A stretch of DNA of 64,000 nucleotides from Guillardia theta CCMP2712. Taxonomy: Eukaryota; Protista; Cryptophyta. Shown here in pieces: positions 36,983 to 64,000 of the stretch (positions within the stretch are counted from its first letter, which is position 1; every line of letters begins with the position of its first letter). The position numbers and the translations under genes were made by a program. Under the pieces are notes generated by a model. It saw only the letters and a list, made by a program, of their open reading frames with translations, did no database searches and was not told the DNA's origin. The stretch is taken from NCBI RefSeq assembly GCF_000315625.1, contig NW_005434659.1, forward strand, positions 104,335 through 168,334, written 5' to 3'.

Positions 36983-39900
36983 ATGACAGAATGGGGACGA
37001 GGACGAGGAGGACGAGGAGGACGAGGAGGACGAGGACGAGGACGAGGAGGAGGAGGAGGAATGCAGGAGGGGGAGGAGGATTCTATGTCTCCCAAGTTGC
37101 GATACATGATCACAAGTGACATCTCCTTGCGGACCATCCATGAAGCTCGAATCTTCGTTCAAGAGGTTTGTAAACTCGAGGGGGAACATTGGTGTCTTGG
37201 ACTGCTGACAAATGGGGGAGGACGACATCGTCTAGAAGAAATCCTTGATTCAGATAGAATTGTGTGGACGACTGGAATGTCCATGCAGCTTGTTGAGTTT
37301 TGCTCTCTGTACGACATCCTGTTGCCACTGATGAAATGCTGTCAGCGCTTGATCACAAACTTTCCTCATCTCACCCGACAAATTCACACGCTGATGTCCA
37401 TTTTCAACTCCAAAGACCTCTTCATGGACAAGCTTGTGGACATGATAACTGATGAAAGTCAGAACATCATGGCTCGTCTCAGCGCTGAAGACATTCATGC
37501 GGTAGCCTTCTTCGCAGTCAAGCTGCTTCGCGTATCGCCTCGAAAAAAGACTTTTGAAAAGTTCCAACAGCTGGTTCAGCAACTTGAGGATCGAGCTTCT
37601 CAGCTTACAAACAACTCGAATCAACATGAGATATTGTTGACACTGAATGCACTGAAGAGTTTGATTGAGCGATACACTCCTGGTGACGCGAGACTGAAGC
37701 AGATGCAGAGGTCAAGAGCAGTAGCTTCATCGCATCTCCTTCCCTACTCCTGGCCTGGTGAGCTCAATGAGACTGGAGCTCGACACAGCAACGACTTCGT
37801 TGACATTGCTCAAGTTCGCGTCATTCCGACTCTCGATGAGCTGCTGTCCGAGGTCCCTCCCTGCCTCCCGCAGAACAGAGCCGACGCTCCTCACCATCAT
37901 CCTCCCGAGTCCATCCAGAGGCTCGTTGACGTTCACTTCCGCTTGTTTCGCCATGATTGCATCGCCAACTTGGCAGAGGTTGTGCGTCATATCGCGGCAC
38001 ACAAAGGAGCAGTCTTCGACTGGTTCCACAAGCACATGGGGAGCGACAGGCAGAAACTCGATGCAGCGGGCTCGAGCATCCATTCGGTGTTTGTGTTCAG
38101 GAACGTGCGATTCCTGCAGACTGGATGTGACAAGGTCTGCGGAATTGTGTCTACGTATGAGATGGATCAGATTGTGCCCTTGCGGAGAGCATCGCAGAAG
38201 GAGATGGAGAAGAAGTGGAAGGAAGGTGCTATACATGCTCTTCAGAAAGACGACGTAGTCCTCCTATTTCATCTGGGAAAACTACTGGCTGGGCAACTGA
38301 ACGAGTCGATTCAGTTGGCAACTGTGACGTCTCCGTCGCCGACTTCAATAGTCAGCCAGCCCTTCAACAGGTTGCAGGTCAGTCTGAAGTTCCAAGTGAC
38401 TGATCTTGGAAGTGCAAAACTGTTTCAGAACCCGTCGGAGGCATATGGGATCATAGATCCAAGACAGGGTTTCTATAGCTTTCAAGAAATCCTAAAAACA
38501 TTGCAACTGGTGGAAGAAGAAACGATCTCACCAGTGTTGAATCAGCTGCAGTTGTCTACCCAACCACTCTTTCCTGGCACTCCAAAGTATCTCAGCAATA
38601 CTGTCTGGAACTTTCACTGCCTGATAGAACCAACACGTCTGCAAGAAATGGACGCCATGGACTTGGAGTTTTTGAAGCAAGTGCCGTCAGCAGCATTGGA
38701 AGAAGAGAGTTCCAAGAGGGAGGTCATTCGAAGGCTACAACAAGTGAGCTATCTAGACACTGAGCAGGCTGATGCGGTTGTCAGCTCCTTGCACAGATCT
38801 CTGGCCATCACACACGGTCCGCCTGGTAAGCCTGCAGATCCTGACAAAGTTGACATGACAGCAGCTGACGTGTGCGCAGGAACCGGCAAAACGTTCTTAG
38901 GCGTCGCGATCGTGAAGATGCTGATAGAAAACAAGCGGATTGGACCTAGAAACCCTCTCTTGTGCGTGTGCTACACAAATCATGCTCTAGACCAGTTCCT
39001 CGAACACTTGTTAGACGCGTATCCTGACCTGAAGATGGTTCGATTTGGGTCACGAACTCAATCTGAACGGCTTTCCGGCTACCTGATGAAGAACATCTGG
39101 CAACAAGTGTCTGCACAGCAACTTACCGTACAGTCGATGAGATATCAGTTCGGTCACCTGACCAAAATCATCAAGACCTGCGAAAAAGACGTTGAAATGC
39201 TCGAAACCTCCAGGGGGAAAAAAACTCTCTCTTGGAACGAGATAAATCATTTCGTCGAGATAGAATTTCCAAAGATTTACATGCAGCTTGAGATGGCCGA
39301 AGATATCATCTTTGGCGACAATGACTTCTCTTTTCAGGGCAGGGAGAGCATTCTCGAATTATGGGTCAATCCTCTACCACGAGGGAGAAGTGAGAAGGGA
39401 CCTTCAGGAGCTCAGGTGTCAAAGGCTTCAAATCGCTACGAAGCACTCGAGAGCGAAGAAACATCTTCGTTGGACGATGAGGAGAAAGTTGAAGAGATAC
39501 GCGAGAAAGATGACTATGATTTACCAGCGGAGGAATCACGATACTTGTTTCTACCTGAGCAGATGGAAGACTGGTGGCCTGATGGTGACAACCAAGCAGC
39601 TGTTGAGGACATTGAGGATATTTGGAAGCTGTCGTTGGAAGCGAGAAGAAGGTTGAGAGATGTCATTACTGGAATGTTTCAAGAGCACAGAGAGAAGTCT
39701 TTGTATGATCTATACAACAAGTTGAATCAAGCCTATGCAGAAAGGCGACAACTGCAACAATCACAACAAGTCGCGTATCTGAGAAGCTACTGCTCTGTCG
39801 TTGGATGTACTGTGTCGGGTCGCAGCAAGTTCTTTGATGTCATCAACGGTCTTAAAAGTAGCGTTGTGCTGATAGAGGTAGGGCGAGTCTTCAAGCTTCT

Positions 39901-42900
39901 TGTGCAACTTACTTGTTGTTACATCTAGGAAGCTGCGGAGATTCTCGAGTCTCAGACTCTTTCCTTGTTCAGTGGCAGCTCCGTACAGCATGCCATCTTG
40001 ATCGGCGACCATCACCAGCTGAGGCCTAAGGTGAACTTGTACGAGTTGACATGGCAGTCGAGGAAGGGGTTTGACATTGACCGATCTCTCTTCGAACGTC
40101 TCGTCGAGGATCGCAATGCCCCAACCTCTGTCCTCAGACGTCAATATCGCATGCGGCCGGAGATCTCGAGGCTGATACGAGAGACGATCTACCCCGACCT
40201 GCTTGATGGGCAGCGGGTGCTGCTGTATCCGCCGGTGAAAGGCATGCTGTACCCTGTCTTCTTCTGGCACCACTCGGTCCCTGAAGACAGCTTCCATCCT
40301 GGCGACATGAGGTATCAGACGCAAGAAGGCTCCAAGACAAACTCACATGAAGTCGCCTGCGTCATCGCTCTGGTGACCTACCTCCTCCAACAAGGCTATG
40401 CCCGAGATCAAATCACCATCCTGACGGGCTACCTCGGGCAAAGCGTCTTGATCACCAAGGAGCTGAAGAAACTCTCGTTTTCCGCATTCCTTGGCGAGAA
40501 AGACAACAGGGAAGCCAATCTGCTGCTAGAGGAAGAAGGCCTGTCCGACGACAGCGCCAGCAAGTCTGGCATAAGAGTTGCCACAGTAGACAACTATCAA
40601 GGGGAAGAAAATGATCTCTTGATATTGAGCCTGGTACGCTCGAACCCGACACAGATGTCAGGGTTCATGAAGGTAGAGAACCGCGTCAACGTCCTTCTCT
40701 CTCGAGCGAAGCAAGGCATGTACATCATAGGAGACAAGGACACGCTGACTCATCGTGACGCCATGTGGTCAAAGGTTGTCAGCATACTCTCCGAGAGCTC
40801 TTGTGTGGGCGACGCGATCCCCATCACTTGTCAGCGGCACCCTAAAGACATTCGCTGCTGCAGGGACGTCAAAGACTTCAAGTCGTTCGCTCTCGATGGC
40901 GGTTGCATCCTCCCCTGTCCAACGCGCTTGAGCTGCGGACATGCCTGCCCCAGGTTGTGCCATCCTGACGGACACGAGGGGTTCCAGTGCCGGCAGCCAT
41001 GCACGAGAAGGCCGGATCAGTGTCAGCAGCAGCACCGCTGCAAGAAGCTCTGCTTCCAAGCCTGTGGCAAGTGCTCCGAGCTGATCGAGACCGTCCTGCC
41101 ATGCGGTCACACCAAGCCCATCGAGTGCTGGAGGTCAGCTGAGCCCAGCAGGTCCTACTGCGCGGAGAAGGTGACGGTCCTCATGCCAGTGTGCCGCCAT
41201 GAGGTTCAAGTGCCTTGTAAGTTGGCTGAGGAGTATGAGGACGGAACGAGACCGTGTCCGGTACCTTGCAGCGGTCAGCTTTCATGCAGCCATCCTTGCA
41301 CATCTACCTGCGGAGCATGCCTACAAGAAGGATGCAAACGAGCTGGGAAAGACTTCCTGACGTCGGTATACCAAGACATCGAGCCGGTCCATCCAGTCGA
41401 GTGCCAAGTGAGGTGTCAGCAGAAGCTGTCAAACCTCTGCGGGCATGTTTGCAACGCTCCTTGTCATCAGTCCAACGGCACCAAGTGCGGCATGTCGTTC
41501 TGCCAGGAGCCTTGCGTACTGGGATGTCAGCACTCCAGCTGTTCGAAGCCTTGCGGCTACTTGTGCCAGCCCTGCATCGAGCTCTGCGACTGGCACTGCG
41601 AGCATGCAGGCAGATGCTCTCTGCTGTGCCTGGCTCCCTGCGATCGCCTGCCATGCAACGAGCGATGCAGCAAGACCCTTAGCTGTGGTCATCGATGCCC
41701 GAGCGTGTGCGGGGAGCCGTGCGAGTACTACGAGAAGTTCTGCCCTCTCTGCGACTCGACGGGGGAGGTGCGGGAGCTTCAGGTTGACCTCATAACGTTC
41801 GCGACCCTCGGGGAGGCTGACCTGGACAAGAATCCTCTCATCTTGTTTCCCTGCCGCCAGCACGTCCTGCAGCTGGAGTCGGCAGACGGGCACATGGAGA
41901 TCGGGAGGTACTACCTGCAAGACGCGGAGGGAGCCTTCACAGGTCTGAGGGAGCTGGAGATCGCCATGAACGACTTCAACAACAAGCTCTGCCCGTTCGG
42001 GTGTGGAAGACCGTCAAACGACGGCTACCAGATGAAGCGATATGGAAGAGTGGTCAACGCCAGGAACGCTGTGTTGCACCAACAGAAGGTCTTAATACAA
42101 ACAGAGATCGAAGTAGCGCAATGCGAGCAGATGCTGCTGATAGATGAGACTAAAGTCTCCCAATGCTACGACAAGGCAGTCGAGATCCAACAACGACTGG
42201 AGGACTACAAGAACAACATCACCTTCAACATGAAACATTTCAGCCCCGATTCTCAGCGGGAGACGCGACTCGTCGAGCCTCTTCCAACAGCTCGCGCCAA
42301 GGCCATGAACTTGTTGCTGGCATGCGCCTGTAGACTGCCAGCGAAATTTCGCGAGCATGATGACGTCAGGTTGCTCAGAAGCAAGGTTGAAACCCTTCTG
42401 AATGATCTGATAAGGCTGAAAGCATTCTCATCCTTCTTGTCCCTCTCTGATCGTCTCATGGAATTTTCCATTCACATTTCTTATGGGACGCTCATTGCCA
42501 GTCTCTTTCGAAAGATTCTTCAGGCCCTTCAGTCAGATGTGGCAGATTCTGTGAGATGGAAGATTCTGTTCCAAGCAATGTGCCTATCAACAAAGTTTGT
42601 CCAGGCAAAGAACAACAACGTGGTTAATCTCCAAGTCCTTGAGGAGATGTCAAGGATTCTAGAAGTGTTCCGCACGTGTATGCAAGCATTTCAACCTGAG
42701 CAGGACCTGGTCATGTGGCAGAGACTGATGCACTCCTTCATCGTTTTCAGACACAACCTTACAAGCAACCAACTTCCGCTCCTAAAGTTGAGCAAAATGC
42801 AAGAACTGACATCAACCCTGAGAGAGTTTGTGCGGGAGACGATGCGAGGACTAGAAAACTCAGACAATCCTGAAGTAGTTAAAGTAGTTCAAGAGGAGCT

Positions 42901-43347
42901 GAAGCAGCTTGACGACGGTGAGTACCTTGTACTTTTACCTCTGCCTCCTGACTGTGTTCCTTGCAGGAATCCCTCTTGAGGTACGTTCTCAGCCTCCATG
43001 TCCACCTGTTCCCCAGCAGATTGACATCTTGCAGACCTTCAGAGAGATCTTCAAGGCGATGGAGTTCCACCCCTCTGACCCAGGGTACAATGGAGGAGGC
43101 CACTGGTACTCTTGCCCCAACGGTAATGGAGCTGCGCTGCTCCTGTGCTCTCAGCTCGTTTCACTGCTCTCACCCTCCTCCTCCAGGTCATCCCTACGTC
43201 ATTGCTGACTGCGGAGGGGCAACGCAGGAGTCTACCTGCTACGAGTGCGGGGCAGCGGTCGGAGGACAGAGTCATCGACTGTTGGAGGACAACAGAGTGA
43301 TACGCTCGGAGCAAGAGCTCGTAAACATGTCAAGAGGCGCACGATGA
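36983..43347 (+). CDS. ZNFX1: NFX1-type zinc finger-containing protein 1 homolog (SF1 RNA helicase, NFX1 fingers, RZ-finger E3 module)
   Basis: N-terminal RGG box; RHSNDFVDI...IPTLDEL...HFRLFRHD; GPPG|TGKT; CYTNHALDQFLE; IE|EAAE; IGDHHQLRP; SLFERL; QYRMRPEIS; TVDNYQGEE; NRVNVLLSRAK; Cys/His NFX1 array; C-terminal GHWYSCPNG|HPYVIADCGGA...CYECGAAVGG.SH. Introns: 38826-38879, 39878-39928, 42918-42966, 42981-43016/43019, 43123-43186. Confidence 0.93.
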
Positions 43348-43765
43348 ATAGACGAGCAGCTAGGAGAAGCTGGTCGTGAGTATAGCATGACAGTAAAACT
43401 TCCCGATTCTGCTGCTCTCCGGACCTTGACACTGTCGCACGCACGGCCCCGGCCATAGTGTGACGGCGACGGAGGCTGATAAGAGGCAGAGACTGAGAAC
43501 CAACTCGCCCGGCCGTCGGGCCCGGATCACCGTCGGGCCCGGACCACTCGGATTCCGAGTTCAGTTGTCAAACTCTCCCTTGGCCATCAAATCCATGGAC
43601 CCCTACTTTGATTTCTACTACCCCTGCTTTGAAATGTCATGTGGGATTATACCCCTCCTGTACACACCTGAGGCTAGTTGGATATGGGGTGACCTACGTT
43701 TCACACCCGTACATCACCCACCCCCATCTCATCACCACCCAATATCCCCCCGTAGCGGGGAGGCA

Positions 43766-60270
<16,505 letters not shown>

Positions 60271-61399
60271 TGGGGTGCGATGCGATTCTTCCTCCTGTTG
60301 CTGGCAATGTGCTGGAACCAGAAGGCGCTGGACGGATGTGAGAGAAGAGGAGGGGTGAAGGGGAGGAGGAAATGGAAGGAGGGAGGAAAGGAGTGGAGGG
60401 AAGGAGGGAGGGACGGGATGGACAAGGAGGGCAGAGGAGGAGGGACAAGGTGAGGGAGAGAAAGGAAAGAAGACGGAGGAGAAGGGGGATGGGGATGGGG
60501 ATGGGGATGGGGGGGGGAGGGAGGCGACATGTACCTGGTAGCGCGGTACTTCCATGCATGGAAGCTACGAGCAGTGAGGGCGGTCAACCTGCGCATGGCC
60601 GACCAGAAGCGTCTGTACTCGGAGGTCCAGCGGTGAGCGACGCAGAGGTTCCAGAGCGACAGAGAGTTCCAGACGTCTCCTCTGCAGAAGCCCAGCTGAG
60701 AGCATGACGAGGAGAGGGGAGGAGGAAGTGAGGGAGGGTGAGGAGGGGGACGAGGAGGAAGGGGCGAGTGAAGAAGGAAGAGGAGGAGGAGAACGAGGAG
60801 GAGGGAGAAGATGGAGAATTCTTGTTGTGATCAGGGGACGAGACCTGTTGAACATGGCGACTATGACTTTCAAAGCATTCGGCGACGGCGCGGACGATTG
60901 ACGAAACTTGACCTTGCACTAGCGTGAGCAAAGGAAAGAGGGGAAGGAGGAGGAGGAGGAGGGAGGGAGGGAGGGAGGGAGGGAGGGAGGGATGGATGGA
61001 TGGATGGACGGAGGTAGGAGGAGGAGGAGGAGAGGATGAGGAGGAAAGTGATTTTCAGCTCACCTTCCATTCTCCGTAGCTCGCACGGAGAACAGCTCGA
61101 TGAAGGCGAAAAATCTGGATGTGACTCGTTCTCTTGAGGAAGAGAGTGCGAAGCTGAAGGGCCTGAAGGGAGTGTAAGAAATGAGGGAGAGTGGAAGGAG
61201 AGAGAAGGAGGAGGAGAGGAGTAAGAGGACGAGGTAGAGGTCGATGAGGAAGAGGAAGAAGAAGAGGAAGAGAAGAATGATGAGGAGGAGGTAGAGGAGG
61301 AAACGAAGCATCTGAACTTACCCGCCACTGACGGAGACAAGAGCCTGAGTAGATGAAATATCTCGCTCTCCATCCTCGGGCAATCTGAGGAGTTAGAGT

Positions 61400-61434
<35 letters not shown>

Positions 61435-61497
61435 AGAGGAGTAGGAGGAAGAGGAGGAGGAGGAGGAGGAGGAGGAGGAGGAGGAGGAGGTAGGAGG

Positions 61498-61597
61498 NNN
61501 NNNNNNNNNNNNNNNNNNNNNNNNNNNNNNNNNNNNNNNNNNNNNNNNNNNNNNNNNNNNNNNNNNNNNNNNNNNNNNNNNNNNNNNNNNNNNNNNN
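61498..61597. other. Assembly gap (100 N)
   Basis: Run of N next to (GGA)n/(GTA)n microsatellites. Confidence 1.
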
Positions 61598-61599
61598 AG

Positions 61600-63848
61600 G
61601 TGTTGACCTTGGGGACTTCTGGGAACATTGCTTCGACCTCGGAGCGGAACTGAGCGCCACAGCCCGGCTTGATGTAAAAGCCGGTCCATCCAAGGAATCC
61701 CATCTTCTCATCAGCTAGGAGTAGAAGTAGTAGTAGGGTGATGATCTCTCTCTGCATCGAGGAGGGGGAGGTGGAGGAGGAGGAGGAGGAGGAGGAGGAG
61801 ACACCTGTCGCAGTTGCAGCATGCTCTTCTTGTTGTGTGATGACCAGGAAGTGTACGCGCGTTTCTGCATTGGAGATGAGAGCGAAAAAGAGGCGGGGGG
61901 GGGGTTAGAGACAAGTGGGGGAAAAGGAGGGAGAGGGAGAGAAAGTTAGGGAGAAAGAAGGAGAGAGGCGAAAGGGGAAGGGGAAAGGAAATTCAGGTGC
62001 GTTACCAGCAGAGTGAGGAGGTACTTGTCTCGTTTCACGTTCGCTTTCCGGCTCATTCTGTTGTGGCGATGAGAAAAGGAAGGAGGAAGAAACTTGTGAG
62101 TGGAGAGAAATGATAGAAGAATGCAGGAGAAAGGCATTGAGAGAGAGGACAGGGAGGTCGAAGAGGAGGAAGAAGCAGGACGAGTGAGAAGAGGATAAGA
62201 AGAGGTAGAGGGGAAGGAGATAGCGGGGGGCAAGGAGGAAGGAGGAGGCGGGAAGGGGAGAGGAGGGAGGAACCTATGGATCCAGGAGGAATGAACCAAT
62301 TCATCTCGCCAGCAGGTGAAGCATGCTTGCCTCATCCTGGCTCTGACGCGGAGGAGGAGTCGAGCCCCCCCGCTGCACTTGAACTTCCACGTTGCGCTGA
62401 GGTACTGGAGGATGAAGAAGGAAAGAGAGTGAGGGGAGAACAGGCAGGACAAGTCAGTCAGCCGAGCGAAAAAATCATCTTCATCATGTCAGTGCTGATA
62501 ATCACTAACGTACAATCTGCATCTTAATCATCATGTTTTTTCTTCATCGTGACGACCATCATCATCATCATTACCATTGCCACCACCATCATTGTTATCA
62601 TCATCCTTTCACCTTCATTCTTCGGAAGATGGAACGTTTCCGCATGAACGAGCATCGTCTGCAGTGCCAGTGAGACGTAAACGGGTTCATCCTCGTCCCC
62701 CACCTCTGGAATTTGAGCCCATTGGAGCGGAGGAGGAGGAGGAGGAGGTGAGTTGTACGGAGAGACAGGACAGATTTGACGAGTCTGTCAGGAGATGAAT
62801 ATGAGATGAAAAATCGCATGACATGCTCGTCGTCACCTTGTGATGCGATCATGTTCCAACTTCGATGCTCCTGATATCATACAACCATCGTCAACGCCTC
62901 GATTTTCTTCCTCTCCTCTTCCTCCTGCACCTCCCCTCCATTCTCGTTCTGATCCCAATCTCCTCCTCCTCCTCCTCCTCCTCCTCCTCCTCCTCCTCCT
63001 CAGCAGCAGCAGCAGCAGCAGCAACGGCATTTTACCATCAACGGTGACCATGTCTCTCTTTGGAAGGTGAGCCAACAAGCGCCTGCCGCCTTGTCAGTCT
63101 GCCACGTCATCGTTGACAACCATCAACTTCGTCGTCTCCCCGTCTGCCCCGACCAGCTCCATCACGTCCCCTGACGGGACATGCGTCACTTTCAGCGCAA
63201 AACAGCATCTCCACAACCCTTGGCCATGCTGAGCAAGCTCTTCTCTGTCAAGACCCCGAACCCGAGCTCCCAGATCTTGCTCAGCTGTAAACTCTGAGTC
63301 TTCTCGAAGACGTAGAGAATCGACTTCATCTCGTAGCTCATCTTCTCCTCTAAAGCAGCAGACAGCTTGCTCTCCAACTCCTGCAGGAGGAGGAGGAGTA
63401 GTAGGAGGAGGAGTAGTAGTAGTAGTAGTAGGAGGAGGAGGAGGAGGAGGAGGAGGAGCAGAATGAGGATGAGGATGAGGATGAGGATGAGGATGAGGAT
63501 GAGGAGGAGATCATTCATTAGGTCTTAAAAGCATGCTCAAGTGCTCACCATCGCTTGTTGAGTAGTTGAAACGTCATTACGATTTGAAGCAATCAACATG
63601 GTCTTCTCCTGCAATAAACCTTATTCCTCCTCCTCCTCCTCCTCCTCCTCCTCCTTCTTATCTATTCGCTATTCTGTCTCTCCTTTCCTTGTCTCTTCTG
63701 CTCTTTGCATCGTCCCAACCTCGAGCTTCGCGTAGGCATCCATCAACGCCTGTTCCATCCTCTGCCGCTCGTCGAACTCGATCTTTTCCCTGCTCAAACC
63801 GTGAGCCACCGCCAGGAGGAAGAGGAAGAGGAAGAGGAAGAGGAAGAG

Positions 63849-63883
<35 letters not shown>

Positions 63884-64000
63884 GGAGGAGGAGGAGGAGG
63901 AGGAGGAGAACTTACCTCCTGCTTGACTGAACGCTCTGGGTCCTGTAGGAGACGGAGAGGAAGTCCAAAGTCTGGAGGATGCGGTCGAGGCTGCTCTCCA
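61600..64000 (-). CDS. 5'-partial multi-exon hypothetical coiled-coil protein with possible Sfi1-like W-containing repeats
   Basis: Exons such as REKIEFDERQRMEQALMDAYAKLE, ELESKLSAALEEKMSYEMK and ARMRQACFTCWRD are separated by microsatellite-filled introns. The gene extends beyond the window. Confidence 0.5.

Noticed and set aside
60530-60930. Plus-strand coding-like fragments (YLVARYFHAWKLR...)
   Set aside because: They cannot be assigned confidently to the giant gene or to a separate gene, and they lie near an assembly gap among microsatellites.

Overview
Eukaryotic, gene-dense genomic DNA. It has many short (~35-65 nt) GT-AG introns with CTGAC-type branch points, microsatellite-expanded introns and one 100-N scaffold gap. 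This style suggests a cryptophyte-like flagellate alga, which is an inference and not verified. Genes from left to right: small Cys-rich mitochondrial-type protein; two-domain universal stress protein; GH36 alpha-galactosidase; PKD2/polycystin-type channel with a C-terminal WW domain; secreted protein; GT49 (LARGE/B4GAT1-like) glycosyltransferase; hypothetical proteins; eEF3-like ABC-F ATPase lacking the HEAT domain; purple acid phosphatase; DNAAF5/HEATR2; MIB/HERC2-like protein; an intron-poor island (~31.8-43.3 kb); a giant ~5000-aa Calx-beta/LCCL/Cys-rich surface protein; and a partial coiled-coil gene. The best candidate for an undescribed system is the island. It holds a complete ZNFX1-type helicase (RGG box, SF1 helicase, NFX1 fingers, RZ finger) head-to-head, 257 bp apart, with an intronless Sen1/Upf1-like SF1B helicase, next to three intronless orphan ORFs. 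This may be an RNA-sensing or antiviral locus. All gene models were spliced by eye and no database search was run.
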